Source of the DNA: Podarcis muralis
Taxonomy: Eukaryota
Direction: 5' to 3'
Assembly: GCF_964188315.1 (NCBI RefSeq)
Contig: NC_135659.1
Coordinates: 45,136,001 to 45,200,000 of the forward strand
Length of the DNA: 64,000 nucleotides
Below, in pieces: positions 12,401-25,622 of the stretch. The position numbers and the translations under genes were made by a program. The first letter of the stretch is position 1. Each line of letters begins with the position of its first letter. The notes under the pieces were generated by a model that was given only the letters and a program-made list of their open reading frames with translations, was not told the origin of the DNA and searched no databases.

Positions 12401-15400
12401 GTATGTCTTTGTGGTATGAGTAGGGTTAGAGTAGGACGATTATAAAAGAGTGATACTGACCTCTTAGGTTTTCATTACCAGGAAGAAGAGCTCTATGCAT
12501 GTCAAAGGGGCTGCAGACTCTTCTCCATTTGTCAGTTTGTGGATGATGGGATTGATTTGAATCGGACCAAGTTGGAATGTGACTCTGGTAAGATAAGCTA
12601 GCCACTTTTTCAGCTTGTAATATATGGGTGGTCACCACTTTTCTTCCCACTCAGAGTAGGCTTATTGAACTATATTGACCAGTAACTTTATTTCAGTCAG
12701 TCTACCCGAAGTGTGACTTAGTTGGATATCTCCCTAGGAGAAGAATTAACACCTTGATGTTAATTGATTAACATCAAGAGAGTTCAGCAAGGAGGAAGCT
12801 TCCAAAATCATGCCACAAAATAAGTGTCCACATAAGGGCATGAAATCTGATTTATTACAAAGTCAAAAAAGAAAATTTGGCTTAACGTCAACATGTGTCA
12901 GCCACAGATACCCTGTCATCAGGGAAATCTATAACAAAATATTAAGCCTTAAAGCATGCACCTTGTCACATTTTGTTATCATAAAATATGTCATTGCAAG
13001 CTTAAAAATAACATGAGAAACTAAAATAAACAAAAGTTTGCAACGTAAGAGAATGTTGTGATATAAAATATAATAATAGTGTTGATGCCTTAAGATTTTT
13101 GTAATTGTAGCTTCTCCTTTGAAAGAGAATTTTTCTGAAACAAAGGGGCGTTTCTGAGATGAAATAAAGTGTAATTAAGAAGTTTTCAGTCGCAAAGTTG
13201 CTTACAGCTGGGATGGGAATCTCTCAGTCACAAAGCTATTTGGGTCTTGCTTCTACCGTATGAGATAGATTGAGCCTGTCATGGAAGAGAAAGTTATGTT
13301 TCCGTGCTGAATTGGACTTTAAATGTAAACATGCATGAATAATAATCTTGTAAGCTTTGATTGGAAGTAGATCCATTGACTTGAGTAGTGCTCACTTCAA
13401 GTAAGCGCACATAGCATTGCAGCCCTAATTGGCTTGCTGAGTATACAGTTCTGGGAAGAGTTTGTTTTCCCTCTGCAGTTTCTCTGTATACAATTGTTAT
13501 TTTCACTTTGCGATGCTATTATTTTGCCTGTCTCCTATCTAAAATGTTGGAACTGGAGCCTTTTAGAAGTTGCATCCTGACAGAGTTGGCAAAACTGAAA
13601 GCTAAGCATATAGCTCAGGGGGCATACTGAAAGTGAGTGGGTATTCTGGTTTTACCCTGCCCCTCTTTGGTATTTCTGTCACTTGGGGAGGGTGTGTGGG
13701 TGTTTTTACAGATCCTGAATGCTGAAGTGTAGTTCAGTTTTGCCTCTCTCTTATCTCACCACTGACATAATTTGATTGGAAAGATGAGCGTCAGGAAGGG
13801 AAGTCCAACATTAGTAGCAATATGTGTGGTGTTGCACCCTAATATTCAAGTGTGCTTTAGCTGCTTATGTGGAAGGTGTGACCATTTAAACTGAAAGAAT
13901 GTGTCTTTTACAGCATGTTCTGAGGCATATACCTCTCAGTCTGACGAACAATATGCCTGCCGTCTTGGATGCCAGAATCAATTACCATATGCTGAACTGA
14001 GACGAGACCATGTAAGTATTTATATTAAAGTGAGTGAATACATTTTCACTGCTTGTATTCCCATTCTTCAACTATTTTAAAAGTAAATTGTGGAGAGAGG
14101 CTCTGTGACATGTTTGAAATTGTTGCTTTTATATTAATATGTGAATCACCATTTATTTGCAGCTCATGTCCTTAATGCCAAGAATGCATCTTCTATTCCC
14201 CCTTACACTTGTGAGATCATTCTGGAGTGATATGATGGAAACAGCCCATAGCTTCATCACCTCCTCATGGACTTTCTACCTTCAAGCTGATGATGGCAAA
14301 ATAGTAATATTCCAGGTACTTGCTAACCTGTTCTTACCTGTTCTGACATAAGAGTTCAAGGGAACTAAGGGAGGGTGTTTTTTGTTATTCTGTTTTAAAT
14401 CAAATAACTCCATGTTGAATGTCTGGGAGTGTTTTGTTTTATTGAGTTTGCTCTGCTTAAAAATGGTAAAAATATAATGTGTCTATTTAAATTACAGTTT
14501 GTGTCATTATGTAGGTAAATATGTTAGGTTTGTTTCACTAATTTGAAGGTTTTGTTATTATTTCAGTCAAAGCCAGAAGTTCAGTTCATTGAAAGTCCTG
14601 GTCAGGAAACACAGGATTTAAAAGAACCATCATTTCGCAAAGCATCTTGTAAGTTGTTCTAGGGAACTTCAAGGAATATAATATGGTTTGCCAAACAGTA
14701 AGGATGTACTGTCAGTGTCTAACCAGTAATTTGTATCCATGATTAGATAACTGTGGAAACCAGTAGCTTATTTTTTAAGATGCTTACTGTTTGGAATTTG
14801 CTTGATGACACAATCTTTGTCTGATGTTTAAACATGGCAACTGAAACAGTTGCTTCATTGGCTCTGGTTCAGCAAGACGCTGCGTATTGCAAATGTAAGA
14901 AACAAACCCACAAGATATTTTTTAGCTTTTCGCTTTTTCCTAGGACTTCCTTCCAGTTAAAAAAAAGGGCACTGCTCAGTCTTAACATTTATTTAAAGAG
15001 CTTGCTGTGTCTAGCAGGAGGATTTACTGGAAGGAAAAAAGGTTGGGTAGACATTCATAGCGTACAGAGAGATTGGACACTTGAGCATATGTGTCTTGGA
15101 TTCTGTGATAAAATTAAACAAAAATGTACTATGATTTTCAGTAGATCTGCAGCCAGGAGGTCCACAGACACACAAGGGATTCTTCGACGAAGATGAAAGT
15201 GATAACTTCTTCAAATGTGTTTCAATGTATGTACATTTTAGCATATGAAGTAATTGCTTAAGGGAGAGACATGTTTCATTCCCTAATGCTGTATATCACA
15301 CGTAGTTCAACTACCAAAACAATCACGTGAAATATTTTCACAAAACATTTTCTTAAAATTAACATTCTGACCATTTATGCTGTATCTAATTGAATGCTCT

Positions 15401-17441
15401 CTAAAAACAGGAAATGCCCATAGTGGCACAACTTTTACTACAAACATTGCTGTCATGCTGCTTGCATTGAACATTGTTTCCAAACTCAGACCATTCTTTA
15501 ATATTACTATGTTAGGTCTATTTATAAGTAAAACAAAGTTCTGAGCAAAGCTGTTGGCTCACATAATATTGAGGGTCAGTTTGAGTATGAAAGGTGCTAA
15601 AGTAGTTGTGCTTTTAGGCTTGTGGCAGTGATTGTTAACAGCTTTGGATTTTAAACCAACTTTGAAAGGTCTTAAGTTCTTCTGAACCTAGTAACCGTAG
15701 TTCCTGGTTCAGATGAAATTGAAAACTGGTTAATTGAAAAAGATTTCTGTATTTCATTCAGGCACACCATGAAAGGAAATCACTGTATTTCACAGGCATA
15801 CTGTCTGTACATATCTCGGCTTATTAAGCTGAGACATGATCATGTGATCATTTTCACTGAAGGTAAATGGTAATGGAGAACAATAACCTCATATTAGATC
15901 CTGAAAGCTCAAAGACAGTAGCTTTTGCTTATTTTCTGGGACCAGATTAAGGTACAGTAGTTGACTGTGATGGCATCTAAGTCTGCCTATTTTGGATTGT
16001 GTGTGTGTAGAAACAATATTTAGGGGGGATACAATTTTCAATATACCTCAAGCTTGTCTTTATGGCTGATCTGTTTTCTTATATTCCAGAAATTCTGGCT
16101 GGATACTGACAACCACACTTGTCCTTTCTGTACTGGTGTTGCTCTGGATATGTTGTGCAACTGTTACTACTGCTGTGGAGCAATATGTTCCATCTGAGGT
16201 AACTTAAGTCCTAATCTTTCCAGCATCCTACCACATTATATTCTGTGATATCAGAATGCTTTGGGTTTGATTAGAGCCCTTTTGTGCAGAAGAGAATATC
16301 TAATGATTCTCTTGTTAATGAAACAGGATTGTGAACATATATATTGATTATATATTGTAAGAGGTCTCACCTGCTAGTAGCTAACCTCCAATGAAATTGC
16401 CAACTTAATCAGCTGATGCGATCACTGGGGCAAATACAGTATGGAATATTTAAACTGGTAGTGACAGTTCATGCTAGCTTTTTCAGGGAAACAAAAGATA
16501 ACAAGGGTGGTTTCATGGGATGAGTTTTGACATCTCCCAGCAGAAGCAAAGCATGCACGTGATTTTTGCTTAGCAAGATGACATTCTCTAGATTTGGTGG
16601 GCATTTCTGTGAGGTTGCAGTACTGAAGCCATTTCAGTTCATAAAAGTTATAGTACAGTTAGGCCAGAATGCAAAAAAAGGGGGAGGCATTTCTGGTAGC
16701 AAATACGCCTGAAAATGTTAATCTAAATAAAATACCATTGTAGAAGTCATATTGATAGCCATTCATATATTATGTAACATACAAAATGCTATGCAGGATT
16801 AGATCAAGATCTATCATCGAGTAGTTTTGTGGAGCCATATGCAGCCATTTTAAAAAGTGGTGCTCAGCTAAAGGGCTAATTATGTTTCAGATGTAATGTC
16901 CAAAATCTTTATAAAAATTTGAAGTCTTCCATTGCTACTTCCTACTGATGCACAATTTAATTGTGCCTTTTCTGTGCCAGTGTCTCAAAGCCTTGATAAT
17001 TTCACTCATAAAGACTTGTTTAATATCTTCTACTCCTCACCCTTACCCCCCACCCAACCCTGTGTTTCTAGAGAGTGAACTAAACGTGCATGGTCCTGTT
17101 TAACAGTATAATCCTAAGCATCTTTACTTGAATGTAAGTCCCACTGACTTCAGTAGGAGTTATTCTCCAGTAAGTGTGCATAAGATTTTAGTCATGATAT
17201 CTATGCACCAAGATGTACTGGAATAAAACTTAGTGTGAAATGATTTCCATCTAATATCATTTTGTTGTTGTTGTTGTTGTTATTTTAGAAGCTGAGTATC
17301 TATGGGGATTTGGAATACATGAATGAACAAAAACTGAATCGATACCCAACTTCTGCTCTCATTGTGGTTAAATGCAAGGCTGATGAAGAAGAAGCTGGAC
17401 CTCTACCTACGAAAGTTAACTTGACTCAGTCAGCAATATAG
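9443..17441 (+). CDS. TMEM59: Transmembrane protein 59 (8 coding exons, about 327-328 aa)
   Basis: Exons 9443-9643, 12482-12587, 13914-14011, 14163-14315, 14567-14648, 15142/15145-15226, 16090-16198 and 17289-17441. Signal peptide, EEELYACQRGCRLFSICQFVDD, TM segment (GWILTTTLVLSVLVLLWICC) and C-terminus EEAGPLPTKVNL; AATAAA at 17544. Confidence 0.97.
11533..11868 (-). mobile_element. Sauria SINE (mosaic 3' half)
   Basis: Head GGGACGCGGGTGGTGCTGTGG, B box GGTTCGAATCC-like, (ACCTTT)n tail; TSD GACTG(G/C)GGAGAAAGG at 11518-11532 and 11871-11885. Confidence 0.93.
11886..12120 (-). mobile_element. Old L2/CR1-clade reverse transcriptase fragment
   Basis: Translation LDPFQSGFR...GTETAL...LLNLSAVFDTTDHDILLEWL matches non-LTR RT motifs. 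Confidence 0.8.
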
Positions 17442-20294
17442 ATTTAAAAAATGAATTCATTATCTTATTCTAAGACTTCTGTTAACTTTGGTGACTTTTT
17501 CCAATGAAGAGGCTTTTGCAGGGGTAGTCAAAATTCAGATTCAAATAAAGTTACATAATTGATTACTGTTCTATTGTCATGGAATTCAATCTCATTTTCC
17601 AACAGTAAAGGAAATTGTGTTGAGCAAATGGGGTTTGTAGAGAATTTACATTTATTTGCATCTTTTTTTTTTTTTTCCTTACCAAAAATCATAAGTATTG
17701 TCTATACATTAAGGTTGTGGTATTTTCAAATTATGAACATCTGTTGGTATCAGAGTGCATATTTGGAATCTTGTTTCTAATAGTGTAAGGAATTTTTTGT
17801 GGTCAAAGATGCCTTTTAAGTTGTCTTCTCAGCTGTGGATAAATGAAACTAACATGTAGAATTGCTTAGAAATCATTATTGCTTCAAATGGCTCATTTTC
17901 CACAATAAGAGTACATTTTTGTTGACCTTTGTGCCAGTTTCTGGCACTGAAGTACTGTGGGTCAGAAATAAAACTTTAATGTATAGAGGAATCTATTATG
18001 GTGTCACTTCTGTATCCTAAAACAAATAAGCTTCCCTGGCTTTCATTTGCTACACTTGTCGGCTCAGAGAAATGGCTAATTTAAACAACAACAACCTTTC
18101 CCTAAAAAACAGGCAACATTGGTGGCAGACAAAAATTTCTATGTATATTGGACATTGGTATATTTGACATTGACTTGTTCACAAGAAGTCTCTTGACTCT
18201 CACACTCCTTCACACACCAGTTGAAATTGATGAATGCTACTTTCAATTTTAAACTAGCCACACTTCCCTCTTATGCAGTTGCCAGCAAAGATCTGAAACC
18301 ATGGTTTGATCCTGGCTTGTGTTCGCTATACAGAGCTGTTGTTAGGATCTGTTAGTTCAAAATTGAAATAAAAAGTTTTCAATTTCTTCCTCTGGGGCAC
18401 AAAGCAGGGAAGATACTCACAAGCCCAAGGATGTTGGAACTCATTCTTGGAATAGATAATCATGGTTTCCCACTATGCATAAACCCAGACACAGTTTACA
18501 CTTAACCCTATCTGGGACATGGCCAGCTTTAAAAAATCTACTTAATGAATAAGAATAAATCGTTACGTTGAGGCTTGTGACCAAACAAATGTCTAATACA
18601 GTTTTATAAATCAGTACTTTCCAGGGGAGTTTGCAAGTTCTAATTTATTCTTAATATAATTCAAAATGTGTTGAATTGGGAATTTTATTTCAGTATTTTT
18701 TTTTCCAAGTGCTCTAAAAATCTTTAATGTTTTAAATTTTATTTAACCCTTGCTAATTGGTAAAAATGTTCTGAAAAATAATAAGCATCTTTATTCGGTT
18801 TACTGAAGCGTCCATGCTTCAAATGACGAACAACAGAAGAGGCAACTATTGTAAACTCTACAGTAAAATTGGTATGCGATTCTCTATAAATATCACTATT
18901 GACAGCATCTCTGCATAATTATAAAGGTGATGATTCTCTAATACAGTGGTGGTAGAAAATGAGGTTTTCTGTCTAAAAGTTGATCAATGGGAGCCTAATA
19001 GAATAACTTGCAAGGCAATCATTAAGCAAGTTATATCACTGTGGTTTCATCTAGTCAATACAAATTCTGAAGTTTAAAACTTGCCCTATTTCTTAAAGCG
19101 AGAAATCATGGACACTCCTTTATCAATCTGTGAAATAGTTACTTTCAAGCAACTTTTGCAGCTTAGTTGCTGTTTGTGTTGTACGATAACTTCTGCAATG
19201 TCAGTTGTCTTGATTTTTCACTTGCTGGGCTAAAATACTGTTGTATTATGCACCAATTCTTTCAACTACATTTGCTTTAACTTATACATTTGTTTTTCAT
19301 TTGGATTCTTGTTTTAGGAGATGCCTTTGCAAAATAATCCAGACTATATACAGTAAAGGTTAAATGGACTGAAATGTAGTACCCTTACTTTGAAGGTTCA
19401 GTATTGTTGAACTAAGGATTCCATATTGCTATGATGTTACTGGATTCTTCTCTCACTGTGACAACTTGAGCTGAAATCTGTTTAAAGGTCTACAATAAAT
19501 CAATGGCTAAAAGAACTAGTGCTACTTAATTTACTACTATTTTTAGGAGGAGAAGTTAGTGGTCCCCTGTTAGCAACCGTGTCAGTCTACCAAACTTCAG
19601 TTGTGGTTGGTCTGAAAAGCAACACTGAAAGCTCTCTTCCAGTGATTCAGATCAGCCAGTTGAAAAATACTTGTCCATTAAATATAAAACATTGATCTTG
19701 TTTCATACTTCATTTCACAGAACTGAACTGTTCTGCTCTAGCTTTGGAGATCAGTAAAATCCATTGTGTTCAGTAACAAAGATAATTGATGTCTTAATAG
19801 TGCTTAAACATTGTTGTGCCTAATAAGTCTACAAAAGCCTATATTATGAACACGCCTCAAAATTAATGGTGGCTGAACTGAATATTGGGCTACCCGATCA
19901 GTTTTGCCTTGCTAATTTTTTCCGAAAATATCCATTTATTTTCTAGACCATTTTCAAGCTTGGCTCCTAGCTCCTTATCTTAGGTAGACTTGATGGTGAA
20001 ACTTAAGGAGCTTTGTGTATTTACTGAAAGAGGGGAGTTGGCCAAGGCAAGTTTCCTTGGCAGAATTGATTGACATGCCTTACATTAGAGATGGAAATAT
20101 GTGGCATTTCAGGATTTTTTGGGGCTGCATCTTCCCATCAGCTTTGACCACTGGTCATGGTGGCTGGGACTAATGGAGGCTGATCTCTAGCAACAGCCCC
20201 AGCCCCTTCCACCCTTGACTTAGGTCAGTTCTAAACTCTGCATTTTTCTGGAACCCCAAATGTTGTAATGAGACTTAATTCTAGCTCCAGAATG

Positions 20295-20645
20295 AGCTCT
20301 ACAGCAGGGGAGGACAATATTTTTGGCTTGTGGGCCACATTCCCCTCTGGGCAAAAGTCAGAGGGCTGCCTGCCAGAGGTGGGTGGTACCAGAAGCAAAA
20401 GTGGCTGGAGCAACAAATGTACAGTACAGATATTCAGTTTCTATACACATTTACACCCTTTTCCATGCAAGCAAGAGGCATCGGAGTCTACAGGCACATT
20501 CCAACTGGGCAAAAATACCGTATTTATGGTATGAAGCAGGGCTAATGGGGGGTGTTGCCTGAGGAGAGGGGCTGTAGCCTGGGCAAAGTTCTGAGGGCCA
20601 GACATAAGCTGGAAGGGGGTTGCATTTGGCCCCACCTCTGCTCTA
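20295..20645. mobile_element. Degenerate hAT-like non-autonomous element
   Basis: CAGGGGAG...GGGCCACATTCCC start and GCATTTGGCCC end; shares internal blocks (GCAAGCAAG, CACATTCCA, GGCCAGACA) with the element at about 36390-37115. Boundaries approximate. Confidence 0.45.
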
Positions 20646-21556
20646 CAGGTTCCTGCAAGGGCCTTATTGAACCCCAGTGGTTTGTTTCCTTCGAATAGCT
20701 GAGCTTAAACGTATTGGAAGGTTCTTCCTCAAAATCTGCAGTCCACTGCATCAAAAGATCAGTGCTTTATAAGCTGTGATCATAAAACAAAGTTCAGTCA
20801 TTAGTACAGACATATTTTTGTTCGTTCAGTAGGGTTTGATCCTTTCCGCACTTCCATCTAAACATCGTAACTTGTCAATTGAAAGAAAAGAAAGAAAAGT
20901 TGCTTTATAAATTAAAAACCCCCACATTTAATTATTGTGAGAGTGTATTTAAAGAAGGAAATAAGCTACAACCATGAAACAACTTGTGTAAACAGAAGAT
21001 GTACAGTTATAATCTACTTTGCGATATCAGCTAAAATGGAACACTTCCTAAACCAGGTTAGTAGAGAAGAAACCAAAGGGTTGGCACCTGTATCAAAATA
21101 CTTTAAAATTAAGAACATGAAACTAGCAATTTATTCCCTAAAGCTTTGCAAGGGCATCATTCTTGCCTGTAGTGTATTTCCAGTGTTACTCAGTGCTACC
21201 TGTGTGTGACATTTAGTAATATGCCCAGTAGGGGCTGAGACGTTTTTTATTATTTGTGGCACTAGCCAGAGGAAAAGCTAATGGGGATTCTTGAGTTTAT
21301 GCTTACTCTGTTTCATAGGTATGAATGGGATTAGAATGACTTTCTTCTTCCTACCTCTGTTTCTCTTAGTAGCCAGGTAACGTTACCCCAGGAATGTATT
21401 TAGTGGCTTGGTGAGCTAATAAAGCAAGGCAGCTTGAAAGAGGCTAGTTCCTCCTTTCATACCTAAGCAACACAGTTTGAAGTGAACATTGATGGAAACA
21501 TTGCCAGAACAACTCTGCCTATTAATTAGCACAATCCTGCAGCAGTCAGGGGGGAA

Positions 21557-24500
21557 ATGAACAGAATTCATCCTCAGGTAATAGCATCCATTCTATGGCG
21601 GGGGGGGGGGTGTAATTATTACTTTTAATACAATTGATCAGCTAGCTCTTATTGCTATTAGAAAGTAGACACACTGGAAACCTCTGTGTCTCTATTTTAC
21701 CAATAGGAAACTGGAATCAAAATTATAGTTTTAATTAAATCTCTGTATGTTAGTTACATGTTTTTGAATGTATGCAGATAGGGATTCTATCTGAATACTG
21801 AATGTACCGTAATTACAGACAATGTAATGCCTTGTGTTTCCTTAAAAACAATCTTCTCCCTAACAATGAAGGCAATATAATTTTATTTTATTTCTGTTAA
21901 TTACAGAATATTGAAGGAGCTTCATTTGGTTCAACAAAATCTCTCTTTACTGCTAACAGAGGTAATTGGTACTCTTACTAACAAAAAGACAGTTCGAAAA
22001 TGCTGGGAACTGATTAGTTTATGAACTAAAGTTGTCCTTTCAAAAAGAGGAAATCTCTGCTTATATACTTCTTGGCTCATATACTTCTTGACAATTGATG
22101 TTTCTGTAGCTTACAGTATTTGAAATTTGTTTCATTTTCAGTAGTATATAATTTGGCTACAAAATGAAAAATGCATTTAGTTCATTCAAATGCAGTATCT
22201 ATAGGTAGTGTTGTTAGAAAACATACAAGTATAACTCATCAGGTATGTCTTCATAACAATAAGAAGAGTCTTCTTAATTGTTGGTATAGTTTTATTACAT
22301 TTTATTGGCATTATACCCCAGTTTGGAACAGTGGGTAACAAATTGCATTTTAAAAAATACATTAAAATATTTTAGTTGCAGCATTTCCTGCATTCTTTTC
22401 TTCTTACTAGAGTGATGGATTAAGCAAAAAAATAAAAATAAAAACAAATATGCAGTGGGGGACAGGAAGAGGGAGATCATCCCCCACACACTCCGTTTCA
22501 ACTTTTCTAGCTTTTCTGCCTATTCAACTTCTGTCTTGTACCCTAGGTGGATTCTAGGACAAAAGCTTTGAGGGAAGACATTGCAATGATTCAAGGCAGT
22601 TGCAGCTAATTCTTAAGTACCTTGTAAAAGGAAGGCAGTTAATCACCTAAAGGCAGGTTATGAGCACTGGGAGTGAGATTACACAATACATTAGTCAGCT
22701 AATTTTTACTATTTATACCCTGCACATCTTGCTGGATTGCCCCAATCACTCTGGGCAACTTCCAACATATATAAAAACATAACGTCCCTGGAAAATAGGG
22801 ACACTTGGAGGGTCTGGTAGAGCACATGCTTTGTCCCAGATTCAATCTTTTTGACATCTCAAATTAAGAAGACACTTTGGTGAGCCATTGCCAGTCAGAG
22901 TAGAGAACACTGGACCAAATAAATAAATGGTCTGACAGCAGCTTCGTATGTTCATAAAGTGCTACCACGTAATTTAGCTTTGAACAGGGATAGGAAACCT
23001 TAGGCCCAGATACCAAATGTGACCATCCAGTACTCTGTCTGGCCCATAGCTGTCAACTTTTCCCTTTACTTGCAAGGAATCCTTTTCGGAATAAGGGAAT
23101 TTCCCTTTAAAAAAGGGAAATGTTGACAGCTATGGTCTGGCCCTCAAGACTCTCCTTAGGCTACACTGTCCCTCCTCTGCACTCTCCTCTGGTGTCTTTG
23201 CTTTATTTCTTTCCTTCCTTCCTTCCTTCCTTCCTTCCTTCCTTCCTTCCTTCCTTTCCTGGAGGATGGGCAGGTGTGGGTGTGTGAAGCCTCTGACTTT
23301 GCTTACCTTGAAAGTAACTACCTATACAAAGGTAAGCATTGTATCTGTTGCTCCACCTGCCTTTTCCTCTGGCCCTGCCCACCAGTGGCATGCGACCCCC
23401 ACCCCCAGAAGGCAACGCAACCCTCAGACCAGAAAAAAGTACTAGAACCAGAGGTGGAGCTAGCTGCTCCAGCTCCCAGAGCGGCGTGCACACAGGGGCA
23501 GGGCTAGCTGCCCACAGAGGCGGGGCGAGCATCCCAGGGGTGTGGGGTGTGTGCACCGGCCACCACAAGCCTCCTGGAGGGTGTACCAGTCGGCATGAGT
23601 CTCCTGGGGGGCGTCACAAGCCTCCTGGGGGGGGTGCAGCCTGCGGCAAGCATTGGTGGTGGGGCAGCGATGTCAACCCCCCTCAGGGATGGCACCCACC
23701 TTTCTTCGTCTCTGCCTAGAACATACATTGGCTCTTGACGAGCAACAAGATGAGCTTTGCAGAAGGTCAGCTGCTAGCACTTAAGGCAACAGGAAGCCTC
23801 TTGATTATTGTGCAGAAACATATTTTTAGATATGTGAAGAAATGCAAATATTAGGACATGACCTACGTGTTACCAACATTTTTTAGCATAAATGGGACAG
23901 GTGTGTGCTTTAAGTGTGGTACGAGTTGAAACCTTTGTGTATAAAGTCTTGTACAGTTATGTTCTATATAACATTACGGTAGAATTAAAAACCCATGGGA
24001 TAATTTCAATATGGGTTAATTAGTAGGGAGTAGAGGAAGCCCATGTCCTCAGTGTGGATTTTCGTACAAATTCAGTGTGAGGTAATACTTGGAATTGGTC
24101 TTTAAGTCTTCTCTCTGTGACAGGTACTATACAGGGCCTGCAAGGTTGCTGCAAGGATTGCTGTGCATGCATCCCTTGCACCCAACAATGTATCTGTGTG
24201 TCTGCCATTGGTCTTGGTATACTTGGTGTCATCGTTACTGTCATTGCATTGGTGGTCACAATTGGCATCCCTCCACATGCACCAGGTCAGTCATTTCTAG
24301 CTTTCGTTATTATGATGGTGACCAAACTACTGCCAACTGGAGTAATACTTTCAATGGGGCTGTGTCCAGTGTTTCTTCTACTCAGAGTAGACCCATTGGA
24401 AATAATGGGCAAGACTAAGGCAACACGTGCACAATACCACCTTAAACAGTCATGGCTTTGTTGGGAATCTGTGGTGAGGCAGAAGACACAACCCATTCAG

Positions 24501-25048
24501 AAATTCTCACATGCAAACTCTATTGCAATCAACATGAACAATGCAAAAGCTTCCATGTATTTGCAAACTCATTCATGGCCATTACCGTATTTTTCGCTCT
24601 ATAACACGCACCAGACCATAACACGCACGTAGTTTTTAGAGGAGGAAAACAAGAAAAAAATATTCTAAACAAAACAGTGGATGTATGATTTTTGTGGTTC
24701 ATGCTGTGGCCACAGACATGTGATCTGACGGTGAGTTTGGGGTAGCCCAATGCAAAAATCCTGAGGATCCATGTGGATCCATGCTAAAGTCGCCCTAAAG
24801 TCGCAGGGGCGCTGGGGGAGTGAACAGGAAGCAGGAGGAGGAGAACAATCCCTCTCACACACAGACACACACACACACAGAGTATCAATCCTAAAGTCGC
24901 AGGAGAGCGCAGGGGCGCTGGGAGTGGGAAGCAAGAGAAGGAGAACGATCCCCCCCCCCTCTCTCACACACACACAGTATCAATCCTAAAGTCGCAGGAG
25001 AGCGCAGGGGCGCTGGGAGAGTGAAGGGGAAGCAAGAGGAGAACGATG

Positions 25049-25093
<45 letters not shown>

Positions 25094-25361
25094 CAATCCT
25101 AAAGTCGCAGGAGAGCGCAGGGGCGCTGGGAGTGGGAAGCAAGAGAAGGAGAACGATCCCCCCCCCCTCACACACAGAGTATCAATCCTAAAGTCGCAGG
25201 AGAGGCAGGGGCGCTGGGAGTGGGAAGCAAGAGAAGGAGAACGATCCCCCCCCTCTCTCTCTCTCACACACACAGTATCAATCCTAAAGTCGCAGGAGAG
25301 CGCAGGGGCGCTGGGAGAGTGAAGGGGAAGCAAGAGGAGAACGATGCCTCACACACACACA

Positions 25362-25399
<38 letters not shown>

Positions 25400-25587
25400 C
25401 AATCCTAAAGTCGCAGGGGCGCTGGAAGTAGCAGGGGCGCTGGGAGAGTGAAGGGGAAGCAAGAGAAGGAGAACGATGCCTCACACACAGAGAGACACAC
25501 AGAGTATCACTCCTAAAGTCGCAGGAGAGCGCTGGGGCGCTGTGAGAGTGAACAGGAAGGAGGAGGAGGAGAACGATAGCTCAAGCA

Positions 25588-25622
<35 letters not shown>

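Noticed and set aside
23203-23738. Overlapping ORFs in a GC-rich block with short internal repeats
   Set aside because: No recognisable domains; the block looks like a degenerate non-autonomous repeat next to a (TTCC)n tract, and I could not define its ends or a TSD.
24117-24632. 171-aa ORF as a standalone membrane protein
   Set aside because: Only 24124-24285 is exonic (LDLRAD1 exon 3); the rest is readthrough into the intron and the Tc2 MITE TIR.
24783-25620. CRISPR-like pattern of a conserved repeat with variable spacers
   Set aside because: The spacers are homologous purine blocks plus microsatellites of variable length, not unique sequences. The DNA is a eukaryotic intron with no cas genes. 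It is a compound minisatellite.
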